64,000 nucleotides of DNA from Candidatus Rokuibacteriota bacterium (lineage in GTDB: Bacteria > Methylomirabilota > Methylomirabilia > Rokubacteriales > CSP1-6), in assembly GCA_003220495.1 (NCBI GenBank), contig QHSP01000016.1, forward strand, positions 87,831-151,830. The letters are read 5' to 3'. The stretch's first letter is position 1. Each line of letters starts with the position of its first letter. Both the position numbers and the translations under genes were made by a program. Shown piece by piece: positions 47,047 through 55,808 of the stretch. The notes below the pieces were generated by a model. That model was given only the letters and a program-made list of their open reading frames with translations, made no database searches and was not told the origin of the DNA.

Positions 47047-48144
47047 TCACGGAATGCGCGCGAAGCCTTCCATCAGCCGGCGCGCCGTCCGATACACGGT
47101 GACGCGCTCGGCCCACGCGGCGCCGTCGCGCCGGCGCACCGCGGCGTCGATCGGCAGCACCCCGGACGGGTGGCCCAGCCGGATATCGTGCGCACCGTCG
47201 CCGACGCACTCGCGCACGACCGTACCGTCCACTCGCGCCGCCACCCCGAGGCACATCGCCACGGTGAGCGCGACCGCGCGGTGGCAGTTGCCCATCGAGA
47301 TCACGCGCGTCACCAGATCGACGCCGCCGGCGGGATGCCGGACGCCGTCGAGCGCCGTGAACGCGGTCGCCGGCGCGACCATCGCGATCTTCGGCACCGC
47401 GGCGCTGCCCTGGATGCCCATCCGCCGTGCCGCCTCGACGCGGATCGACTCGAGCCGCGCCGAGAGCGCGCGGTCGGCGTCGATCGCCTGCGGCGTCTCG
47501 GTGCCGGCGAGGCCCACGTCCTTCGCGCGGACGAAGACGACCGGATTCGTCGCGTCCACGAGCGAGGCGTCGATGCCGTCGATCGTCTCGCGCGCCGCGC
47601 CCGTCGGCAGCAGACGTCCGGTGCCGGCGCCGCCGGGATCCAAGAAGTCGAGCGCGATGCGCGCGCCGCGACCGGCCACGCCGGCCAGCTCGAAGTCGCC
47701 GTCGACCGCCGCCTCACCGTCGTGGACGGGCACGTGGGCGACGATGAGCTTCTTCGTGTTGGTGTTGTGGATACGGACGACCGTCTCGCCCTCGACCGCC
47801 TTCACCAGGCCTTCGTCGATCGCGAAGGGTCCAACGGACGACGAACAATTGCCACAGTTGCCCTTGTAGTCCACGATCGCCTTCGCCACCTCGACCTGCG
47901 CGAACGTGTAGTCGACGTCGGCGTCCGGGTGCGAAGGGGCGCCGATGATGCACGCCTTCGACAGCGACGAGATCCCGCCGCCCATGCCGTCGAGCTGGCG
48001 GCCGTAGGGGTCGGGGCTTCCGAGCGCCGCGAGCAGGACCCGATCGCGCGCGGCGCCGGCCGGTGGAAGATCCGCGTGGTGGAAGACGAGACAGCGGCTC
48101 GTGCCGCCCCGCATGTAGACCGCCCGGATCTTCTTCTGGCTCAT
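47047..48144 (-). CDS. prpF: PrpF family (methyl)aconitate isomerase
   Basis: YMRGGTSR, GSPDPYGRQLDGMGGG, GNCGN, HPSG, RTARRLM. Confidence 0.92.
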   Translation of the reverse strand: MSQKKIRAVYMRGGTSRCLVFHHADLPPAGAARDRVLLAALGSPDPYGRQLDGMGGGISSLSKACIIGAPSHPDADVDYTFAQVEVAKAIVDYKGNCGNCSSSVGPFAIDEGLVKAVEGETVVRIHNTNTKKLIVAHVPVHDGEAAVDGDFELAGVAGRGARIALDFLDPGGAGTGRLLPTGAARETIDGIDASLVDATNPVVFVRAKDVGLAGTETPQAIDADRALSARLESIRVEAARRMGIQGSAAVPKIAMVAPATAFTALDGVRHPAGGVDLVTRVISMGNCHRAVALTVAMCLGVAARVDGTVVRECVGDGAHDIRLGHPSGVLPIDAAVRRRDGAAWAERVTVYRTARRLMEGFARIP

Positions 48145-48154
48145 GGCTCCTCCC

Positions 48155-48208
48155 GAGGCGCGCCCCGGCCGGCGGGGCCCCAGCCCCGCGACGTCCGGCA
48201 GCGCGCAC
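48155..48208 (-). repeat. Structured intergenic repeat family 1, copy D (between acn and prpF)
   Basis: Reverse complement GTGCGCGCTGCCGGACGTCGCGGGGCTGGGGCCCCGCCGGCCGGGGCGCGCCTC. Confidence 0.85.
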
Positions 48209-48213
48209 GTCCG

Positions 48214-50133
48214 TTACGCTCGCCCGGCCTTCGTGTGCGCCAGGATGCCGCCGGCCAGGAGAATCTCGCGCTCGCGCGCCGTCAGCACGCACGAGGCGGT
48301 GAACACGGCGCCCGTCCGGGCATTCTCCACGCGCACCCCCTCGCCGGCCTCCAGCGCGGCGCGGAGACCCGGCAGGCGCAGGCGGTCGTCTCGCTCGATG
48401 CCGCCGAAATCATCGGGATTGTCGAAAGCCAGCGGCACCACGCCCCAGTTGATCAGGTTCGTCCGGTGGATCCGCGCGAACGACTTCACGATGACGGCGC
48501 GGATGCCGAGGTACATCGGTCCGGTCGCGGCCGCCTCGCGCGACGATCCCTGACCATAGGTCTCACCCCCGACGATGATGCCGCGCCCGGCGGCCTTGGC
48601 GCGCGCCACGAAATCGGGGTCGACGTATTTGAAGCAGAACTCCGAGATCGCCGGGATGTTCGAGCGGAAGACCAGCACCGCGGAGCCGGCCGGGGAGATG
48701 TCGTCGGTCGACACCTTGTCGCCGAGCTTGATCACCACCGGCGCCTCGAGCGCCTCCGCCACCGGCTCGCCGAGCGGCACCGGCTTGATGTTCGGCCCAC
48801 GCGGAATCTCGCCGGTGCCGTCGGGCTCGACGAATCCCACCGTCGAGGTCGCGAAGCGTGCCGGCAAGGTGACCGGCGCCGGCGCGCCCAGGGTACGCGG
48901 ATCGGTGATGACGCCGGTGAGCGCCGAGGCCGCCGCGACGGTCGACGAGCAGAGATAGACGGAGTCGTCCTTCACGCCGCTCCGCCCGGGGAAGTTGCGG
49001 TTGAAGGCGCGGAGGCTCTTGGCGCCGGCGGCCGGAACGTGGCCGATACCGGCGCAGGCCCCGCAGCTCGACTCGGAGACCGTGGCGCCCGCGGCGATGA
49101 GGTCGGTGAGCACGCCTTCGCGCGCCATCGTCTCGAGAATCTTGTGGCTGCCCGGGAACAGCACGAAGGACACCGACGAATGCACGCGTCGGCCGCGCAC
49201 GATGTCGGCGACCGACGCCATGTCGTGCCACGAGCCGTTGGTGCACGAGCCGACCATCACCTGCTCGATCGCGGTCCCCGCGACCTCTTCGACGGGCACG
49301 ACGCGGTCGGGCGAGCCCGGCAGCGCCACGAGCGGCGTGAGCGCCGCGAGGTCGAGCTGGATCTCGTCGTCGTACGTTGCGTCGGCGTCGGGCGCGGCCG
49401 GCCGCCAGTCGTCGCCGCGGCCTAGCCGCGTCATGAACGAGCGCGTGACGTCATCGCTGGGAAAGACGCTGGTCGTCAATCCGAGCTCGGCTCCCATGTT
49501 GGCGATCGTCATGCGCTGGGTGGCCAGCAGGCTGCGAAGCCCGGGCCCGCCATACTCGAAGATCTTGCCCGTGCCGCCCCTGACGGTGAGCCGGCGCAGC
49601 AGCTCGAGGATCACGTCCTTCGCGGTCACCCACGGCTGGAGCGCGCCCGTGAGGTGAATGCGGACGACCTGCGGCATCTGGAAGAAGTACGGCCCGCCGC
49701 CGAGCGCGACCGCGACGTCGAGCCCACCGGCGCCGATCGCGAGCATGCCCGCCGCGCCGCAGAGCGGCGTGTGGCTGTCGGTGCCGAGCAGGGTCTGGCC
49801 CGGGATGGAAAAGCTCTCCATGTGCACCTGATGGCAGATGCCGTTGCCAGGCTTGGAGAAGACGGCCCCGTACTTGCGCGAGACGGCCTGCATGTAACGA
49901 TGGTCGTCGGAGTTCCGCGAGTCGACCTGGTAGACGTTGTGGTCGGCGTAGCTCACGATGCGGGCGGGCACGGCGCGCGGGAAGCCCATCGCCTCGAACT
50001 GGAGCCAGGACATCGTACCGTTGGTGTCGGTGAGGAGGACTTGATCGACCGAGATGCCGATCTCTTCGCCGGCGACTGCTTTGCCGGCGACGAGATGGCT
50101 GGTGATGAGCTTTTGCGTGAGGTTCTTGGGCAT
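48214..50133 (-). CDS. Aconitate hydratase (short ~640-aa type)
   Basis: DHN, GNGICHQ, GTDSHT, GSCTN, CGACAG, FNRNF, GSSRE, SFARIH. Confidence 0.92.
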   Translation of the reverse strand: MPKNLTQKLITSHLVAGKAVAGEEIGISVDQVLLTDTNGTMSWLQFEAMGFPRAVPARIVSYADHNVYQVDSRNSDDHRYMQAVSRKYGAVFSKPGNGICHQVHMESFSIPGQTLLGTDSHTPLCGAAGMLAIGAGGLDVAVALGGGPYFFQMPQVVRIHLTGALQPWVTAKDVILELLRRLTVRGGTGKIFEYGGPGLRSLLATQRMTIANMGAELGLTTSVFPSDDVTRSFMTRLGRGDDWRPAAPDADATYDDEIQLDLAALTPLVALPGSPDRVVPVEEVAGTAIEQVMVGSCTNGSWHDMASVADIVRGRRVHSSVSFVLFPGSHKILETMAREGVLTDLIAAGATVSESSCGACAGIGHVPAAGAKSLRAFNRNFPGRSGVKDDSVYLCSSTVAAASALTGVITDPRTLGAPAPVTLPARFATSTVGFVEPDGTGEIPRGPNIKPVPLGEPVAEALEAPVVIKLGDKVSTDDISPAGSAVLVFRSNIPAISEFCFKYVDPDFVARAKAAGRGIIVGGETYGQGSSREAAATGPMYLGIRAVIVKSFARIHRTNLINWGVVPLAFDNPDDFGGIERDDRLRLPGLRAALEAGEGVRVENARTGAVFTASCVLTAREREILLAGGILAHTKAGRA

Positions 50134-50140
50134 TTAGTTG

Positions 50141-50183
50141 GACTGGGGGGGAGCGAGCGCCGCTCCTCCCCCAGACCCCCCCA
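50141..50183. repeat. G/C-run hairpin repeat family 2, copy just upstream of aconitase start
   Basis: Reverse complement TGGGGGGTCTGGGGGAGGAGCGGCGCTCGCTCCCCCCCAGTC, resembling 18813-18851. Confidence 0.6.
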
Positions 50184-50305
50184 TCGTTTCGAACCCGGTT
50201 GGCGGCGATGTCGGTGTCGGCGATGACGTCATTGGGGCTTGGCGCCGCTCAATACTTTTGAGCGGCCGGTTCGCAGGTGGTCTCGTCATCGCTTGGTTGT
50301 GTGTT

Positions 50306-51439
50306 TCAGCGCTTGTCCAGCGACGTGAAGGCGCGGCGAGAGGGGCCGATGTAGTCGCCTCGGGGACGGATCAGGCGGTTGTCGTCGCACTGCTCGATGA
50401 TGTTCGCGGTCCAGCCCGCGATGCGGCCGGCCGCGATCACCGGCGTGAAGAGATCCACGGGGATGCCGAGCGAGTAGAAGAGCGGCGCCGAGTAGAAGTC
50501 GACGTTGGGGATGAGCTTCTTGGCCTCGTTGATGCGCGCGTGGAGCTTGACGGCCATCTCGTACCACTTGAACTGGCCGGACTGGCGGCAGGCCTCTTCG
50601 GCCATCCCCTTGAGGATCGCGGCGCGCGGGTCGCCCGCCTTGTAGACGCGGTGCCCCATCCCCATGAATCGCCGCTTGTCCACCAGCGCCTTCTGGGTGA
50701 AGGCGTCCACGTTGGCGACCTCGCCGATCTCCATCAACGTCCGCATGACCGCCTCGCCGGCGCCGCCGTGGAGCGGCCCCTTCAGCGCGCCGACGCCCCC
50801 GGCCACCGCCGAGTGCATGTCGGACTGGGTCGAGACGATGCAACGGGTCGTGAAGGTCGACGCGTTGAGCTCGTGCTCGGCGTAGAGCGTCAGGCTCGCG
50901 TCGAACGCCTTCGCGACGACGCCGCTGGGTCGCTTGCCCGTCAGCATGTAGAGGAAGTTGGCGGCGTGCGAGAGATCGGAGGCCGGACGGATCGGCTCTT
51001 CGCCGCGCCGCACCCGATGGTGAGCGCAGATCGCCGTCGCCATCTGGCTCGTGAGCCGGATCGCCTTCCGGATATTCGCGGCGTGCGAGCTGTCGGTGGT
51101 GTCCCCGTCGCTCATGCCGAGGATCGCGACGGCGGCCTGGAGCACGCGCATCGGATCCGTCGCCTTCGGCATCAGCCTGAAGGCCTGGACGAGATCGGCC
51201 GGAATCTCGCGCGCCGCGATGAGCGCCAGGGTGGTCTTGTCGAGCTGCGACGCGTTCGGCAGATCGCCGTACCAGAGCAGGTGACACACGTCCTCGAAGC
51301 TCGCCCGGCGCGCCAGATCTTCGATGTCGTAGCCGCCGTAGGCCAGCCGGCCGTTCTTGCCGTCGAGATCACAGAGCTTGGTCTCGGCGGCGACGACGCC
51401 CTCGAGCCCCCGGATGAGCTGGCTGCCTTCCTTGTCCAT
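50306..51439 (-). CDS. Citrate synthase / 2-methylcitrate synthase family
   Basis: GLEGV, EHELNASTF, GPLHGGA, GMGHRVY, PNVDFY, LIRPR; context next to acn and prpF. Confidence 0.93.
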   Translation of the reverse strand: MDKEGSQLIRGLEGVVAAETKLCDLDGKNGRLAYGGYDIEDLARRASFEDVCHLLWYGDLPNASQLDKTTLALIAAREIPADLVQAFRLMPKATDPMRVLQAAVAILGMSDGDTTDSSHAANIRKAIRLTSQMATAICAHHRVRRGEEPIRPASDLSHAANFLYMLTGKRPSGVVAKAFDASLTLYAEHELNASTFTTRCIVSTQSDMHSAVAGGVGALKGPLHGGAGEAVMRTLMEIGEVANVDAFTQKALVDKRRFMGMGHRVYKAGDPRAAILKGMAEEACRQSGQFKWYEMAVKLHARINEAKKLIPNVDFYSAPLFYSLGIPVDLFTPVIAAGRIAGWTANIIEQCDDNRLIRPRGDYIGPSRRAFTSLDKR

Positions 51440-51465
51440 GATCGGCTACCCCTCGAAGTTACGAT

Positions 51466-51574
51466 CACGCCCCGGCCGGCGGGGCCTGTCGTCTCGCTCG
51501 CCTCGGGCCCGGGGGCCCTAGCCCCCGGCTGGCCCTGCAGCTCGCACAACGGCCCGGCGACGGCTTGCAGCGCG
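51466..51574 (-). repeat. Nested family-1 repeat: a divergent copy (51488-51550) inserted in the loop of another copy
   Basis: Minus strand: GCGCTGCAAGCCGTCGCCGGGCC-[GTTGTGCGAGCTGCAGGGCCAGCCGGGGGCTAGGGCCCCCGGGCCCGAGGCGAGCGAGACGAC]A-GGCCCCGCCGGCCGGGGCGTG. Confidence 0.75.
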
Positions 51575-51716
51575 GACCACTCTCGATTGCCTGGATGGTA
51601 GCAGGAATCGATCGTGGGTGCCCCCTCGTGCCGACGGCAGTGGCGGTTGCAGAAGGGAGAGGGACGCGGCTCGGCGCCGGCGCCACGCGCCTGACGCTCG
51701 CGCAGCTCCAGGACCG

Positions 51717-53045
51717 TCAGATGGAGCGGCTCACCACTTCCGCGGCCGGCGTGTCACCCGCGTCAGGCGGCTGACTCGTGGCGAGGAGGCGCCGTGCGAG
51801 CGCCGGCCGCAGCCGCCGCGGCGTCACGCGCCTGAGCTCCACGTCGTCCCCGCCCACGAAGGTCGCGAGCGAGCTCAGCGCGCTCGCGACACCGGCGATC
51901 GCCTCGTCCAGATCCAGACGATCTGGCCCTCGCGGCGGTGTTCCAGCCGAGGCGAACCAGGGCTCGAAGTGAACGTGGCGGACCTCGAGTCTCCGCTCGG
52001 CGCGGTGCGACTTGGCGTCGACCCGGCCGATGAGATGGCCGTGATGGAGGATGGGAAGCGTGTAGTAGCCGTGCACGCGTCTGGGCCCGGGCGTGTAGAC
52101 CTCGATCCGGTAGTCGAACCCGAAGAGCCGCGCGACCCGGTCGCGGTGCCACATCAGCGAGTCGAATGGCGAGAGAAGCGTCGTCCCGTGCGATCCGGGC
52201 GCCCGCCCGGCGCGGGCCAGCGCCGGCAGGTCACTCGTGAGCGCGAGCCATCGACCCGCCGAACCCTCGAGCTCGATCTCGGTGACCTCGCCGCGCTCGA
52301 GCATCTCACGCAGCGCCGCGCGCCGGACGCCCGGCCGGAAGCGAGGGAAGGTGAGATAGCGCGCCAGATCGAGCTCGGTCGCCGCGCCCATGGCGCGCAG
52401 CGACCGCTCGAGGTGCCAGCGCTGGAACTGCACGGCCGTGACCGGCTCGACACCGAGCGCGCCGGGCATCGCGCGCTCGAGCAAGTCGTAGCGCTTCTGG
52501 AAGTGCTGGCGCGAGTGGATCGTGAGCGCGCCGGTCATCCACAGATGGTGAAGCGCGTGCTGCACCGGACGCCACGACCACCAGCCGCCTCCGCCCGCCG
52601 CTCGCCGCCCCTCGAAATCGCCGTTGCCCATCGGCCCGTTGGCCTGGACGGCTTCCTGAACCGTGCGCAGCATCTTCCCATTCCGCCGCAACCAGCCCGA
52701 CCATCCGGTGTGGCGGCTCCGATAGTCGAGCATCGCGCGGCGCCACCAGGGCAGGTCCGAGGCCGGCACGAGACAGGCGGCGTGGGCCCAGTACTCGAAG
52801 AGGAGCCGGCGGCGGTAGACCTGACGGTCGAGCCACCCCCGGTCGTACGGACCGAATCGACTCCACACGGTCAGGTAGTGGGCGCGGTCGAGGACATTGA
52901 TCGAGTCGAGCTGGATCCCGCCCACGTCCTCGACGAAGCGGCGCAGGCGGGGTGCGGTCAGCGTGGTCGCGCGCGGCTGGGCGAGGTGCTGGCGCTCGAG
53001 GAACAGCGCGGTGACGGCGCGCAACGTCACGCGGCGGCGCGGCAT
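51717..53045 (-). CDS. ycaQ: YcaQ/AlkZ-family (HTH_42) crosslink-repair DNA glycosylase
   Basis: IQLDSINV (QxD), LFEYWAH, LLSPFD, FDYRIEVYTP, GYYTLPIL. Confidence 0.88.
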   Translation of the reverse strand: MPRRRVTLRAVTALFLERQHLAQPRATTLTAPRLRRFVEDVGGIQLDSINVLDRAHYLTVWSRFGPYDRGWLDRQVYRRRLLFEYWAHAACLVPASDLPWWRRAMLDYRSRHTGWSGWLRRNGKMLRTVQEAVQANGPMGNGDFEGRRAAGGGGWWSWRPVQHALHHLWMTGALTIHSRQHFQKRYDLLERAMPGALGVEPVTAVQFQRWHLERSLRAMGAATELDLARYLTFPRFRPGVRRAALREMLERGEVTEIELEGSAGRWLALTSDLPALARAGRAPGSHGTTLLSPFDSLMWHRDRVARLFGFDYRIEVYTPGPRRVHGYYTLPILHHGHLIGRVDAKSHRAERRLEVRHVHFEPWFASAGTPPRGPDRLDLDEAIAGVASALSSLATFVGGDDVELRRVTPRRLRPALARRLLATSQPPDAGDTPAAEVVSRSI

Positions 53046-53137
53046 GCGCAGGAGCTTATCATCGTTGTCATGGCGCGCTCGCCCGCTCGCTCGTGGCTGC
53101 CCTTACGGCTTCGTCAAGGGTGGTAGGCTACTGGCAC

Positions 53138-54790
53138 ATGGTCGACACGCTCCTGCCGCGCGGGGAGAGCTACGAAGACGTCTACGGACGCTTCCGCTGG
53201 ACGATCCCGCCGATCTACAACATCGCGATCGACGTCTGCGACCGCCACGCCCACGACCGCTCGCGCGTCGCGCTCGTGTACGAGGACGACGCGGGCTCGG
53301 TGAGCGAGCACACGTTCGCCGAGTTTCGCGCTCGCTCGAACCAGCTCGCGCGGGTCTTCACGAGCCTGGGAATCGAGCGGGGCGATCGCGTCGGAATCGT
53401 GCTGCCGCAGCGGCCCGAGACCGCAGTCGCCCACCTGGCCGCGTACAAGCTCGGCGCCGTCGCCCTGCCGTTGTCGACGCTCTTCGGCCCGGAAGCGCTC
53501 GAATACCGGCTGCGTGACGCCGGCGCGAAGATCATCGTGACGGACGGCGAGAATCTCGAGCGTGTGCTGGCCGTCGCCAAGGGCCTTCCGGCGCTTGCGC
53601 GGGTGATCTCGGTCGATCGTGCCGACGCCGACGGCGTGATCGAGTATGGCGCGGCCATCGCACGCATGCCCGATTCGCTCGAGCCCGTCGCCACGGCGGC
53701 GGAGGATCCGGCGATCCTCATCTACACCTCGGGAACGACCGGGCCGCCGAAGGGCGCGCTGCACGCGCATCGCGTGCTCCTCGGGCATCTGCCCGCGATC
53801 GAGTTCTATCACGAGTACTTTCCGAAGCCGGGCGACCGTCACTGGAGTCCCGCGGACTGGGCGTGGGCCGGCGGGCTGCTCGACGTGCTGCTGCCGAGCT
53901 GGCACTACGGCGTGCCGGTCGTCGCCCATCGCCCGAAGAAGTTCGACGCCGAGCGCGCCTTTGACGTGCTCGCGCGACACCGGGTCCGCAACACGTTCCT
54001 CGTGCCGACGATGCTGAAGATGATGCGCTCGGTCGGCGATCCGCGTGGGCGGTGGCGCATCGAGCTGCGCTCGATGTTCACGGGTGGCGAAGCCGTCGGC
54101 GAGGAGGTGATTCGCTGGGCGCGCGAGGCGCTCGGCGTCACCCCGCACGAGGGCTTCGGGCAGACCGAGGTGAACCTCGTGCTCGGCAACTGCTCGCTCC
54201 TGATGCCGGTGAAGCCCGGGTCGATGGGGCGGCCGATCCCTGGCCACGTCGTCGACGTCGTGGACGAGAAGGGCGCCGCGGTCCCGCCCGGCGAGATCGG
54301 CGAGGTAGCTGTGCGGCGGCCCGACCCGGTGATGTTCCTCCGGTACTGGAACAACGAGCAGGCCACCCACCAGAAGTTCGTCGGAGACTGGGCACTCACC
54401 GGCGATCTCGCCCGAACGGATGCCGACGGCTACTTCTGGTTCGTCGGCCGGAAAGACGACCTGATCTCGAGCGGCGGCTACCGGATCGGGCCGAGCGAAA
54501 TCGAGGACTGCCTGCAGGGCCACCCGGCGGTCGCGCTGGCCGCCGCGATCGGCGCGCCCGATCCGGTTCGGGGCGAGGTGGTCAAGGCGTTCGTTCAGCT
54601 CCACCCCGGAGGCGCCGGGACACCCGAGCTGGCCCGCGAGCTCCAGGCCTGGGTGCGCACACGCCTTTCGGCGCACGAGTACCCACGTGAGATAGAATTT
54701 ATCGAGGCGATCCCGGTGACGACGACGGGCAAGGTGCGACGCGCCGATCTCAGGCAGCTCGAGCGGCGGCGGCGTGGACTGGAGATCTGA
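53138..54790 (+). CDS. Acyl-CoA synthetase (AMP-forming)
   Basis: YTSGTTGPPKG, FGQTE, TGD, GRKDD, GYRIGP, TGK. Confidence 0.93.
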   Translation: MVDTLLPRGESYEDVYGRFRWTIPPIYNIAIDVCDRHAHDRSRVALVYEDDAGSVSEHTFAEFRARSNQLARVFTSLGIERGDRVGIVLPQRPETAVAHLAAYKLGAVALPLSTLFGPEALEYRLRDAGAKIIVTDGENLERVLAVAKGLPALARVISVDRADADGVIEYGAAIARMPDSLEPVATAAEDPAILIYTSGTTGPPKGALHAHRVLLGHLPAIEFYHEYFPKPGDRHWSPADWAWAGGLLDVLLPSWHYGVPVVAHRPKKFDAERAFDVLARHRVRNTFLVPTMLKMMRSVGDPRGRWRIELRSMFTGGEAVGEEVIRWAREALGVTPHEGFGQTEVNLVLGNCSLLMPVKPGSMGRPIPGHVVDVVDEKGAAVPPGEIGEVAVRRPDPVMFLRYWNNEQATHQKFVGDWALTGDLARTDADGYFWFVGRKDDLISSGGYRIGPSEIEDCLQGHPAVALAAAIGAPDPVRGEVVKAFVQLHPGGAGTPELARELQAWVRTRLSAHEYPREIEFIEAIPVTTTGKVRRADLRQLERRRRGLEI

Positions 54791-54791
54791 G

Positions 54792-55778
54792 ATGGCCTAC
54801 GACTACAAGAAGCACTTCGGCGAGATCACCTTGACGCAGGATCTGACGACCTTGCCCGAGGAGCGGACGTGGCGTCTGCAGGCGCCCGAGCGGGACACCG
54901 AGCCGCACCAGATCGTGCTCTACCTCGGTTGCAACGTCCTGCGCACCTCGCACATGATCCGCACCGTCACCGCGATCTTCGACCGGCTGGGGCTCGACTA
55001 CGTCGCCGTCGGTGGCCCGACGTACTGCTGCGGCATCGTCCACCACCGAAACGGCGACACCGCGGCGTCGGGCGGCATGAACAAGCGCACCGTCGAGCTC
55101 TTCCAGCGTTACAAGCCCGAAGAGGTCGTGATGTGGTGTCCGTCGTGCATGTTCTTCTACGACGAGATCCAGAAGTTCCAGTGGCCGTTCCCGGTCCGGC
55201 ACACGACGGAGTTCCTGGCCGATCGCCTGCCCTCGATCGAGTTCACGCGTCGCGTCGACGAGGCCGTCGCGCTCCACTATCACAGTCAGAGCGAGCCGCG
55301 CCGCCGCGAGGGGGCCGCGTGCCGTCGCCTGCTGGGAGCGGTGCCGGGCCTGCGCTTCGTCGAGGTCGAGCCCGAGCCGCGCTTCGGTCGCCTCTGCACG
55401 GTGGACGTCCAGGCTCAGCTCGGTCAACAAACATGGGACGCGCTGATCCTCGACGAGATCGACCGGGCGCGCGCCGGCGGCGCGGCGACCCTCGCGACGA
55501 TCTATCACGGCTGCCAGCGACTCATGTGCGGCTTCGAGACCGAGCGCCCGATCGCGATCGAGCACTACCTCTCGGTGTTCGCGCGAGGCCTCGGGATCGA
55601 GTTCGAGGATCGCTACAAGACGTTCCGCCTCTGGCAGGATCCGGAGCGCGTCCTGGAGGAATCGACGCCGTGTCAGACGGCCAATCACGTCGATCCAGCC
55701 CGGGCGCGTCAGCTCGTCGACAAGACGTTCGGCCGCATCAGCACCGGTTCGGACCTCAAGAGTCCGGCGGCATCATAA
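54792..55778 (+). CDS. CCG-domain (HdrB/GlpC-like) Fe-S protein
   Basis: YLGC, YCCG, WCPSC; degenerate second repeat LC...YHGC. Confidence 0.8.
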   Translation: MAYDYKKHFGEITLTQDLTTLPEERTWRLQAPERDTEPHQIVLYLGCNVLRTSHMIRTVTAIFDRLGLDYVAVGGPTYCCGIVHHRNGDTAASGGMNKRTVELFQRYKPEEVVMWCPSCMFFYDEIQKFQWPFPVRHTTEFLADRLPSIEFTRRVDEAVALHYHSQSEPRRREGAACRRLLGAVPGLRFVEVEPEPRFGRLCTVDVQAQLGQQTWDALILDEIDRARAGGAATLATIYHGCQRLMCGFETERPIAIEHYLSVFARGLGIEFEDRYKTFRLWQDPERVLEESTPCQTANHVDPARARQLVDKTFGRISTGSDLKSPAAS

Positions 55779-55808
55779 GCGGCCGGACGCTCGCCCGCTA
55801 GCAAACCA

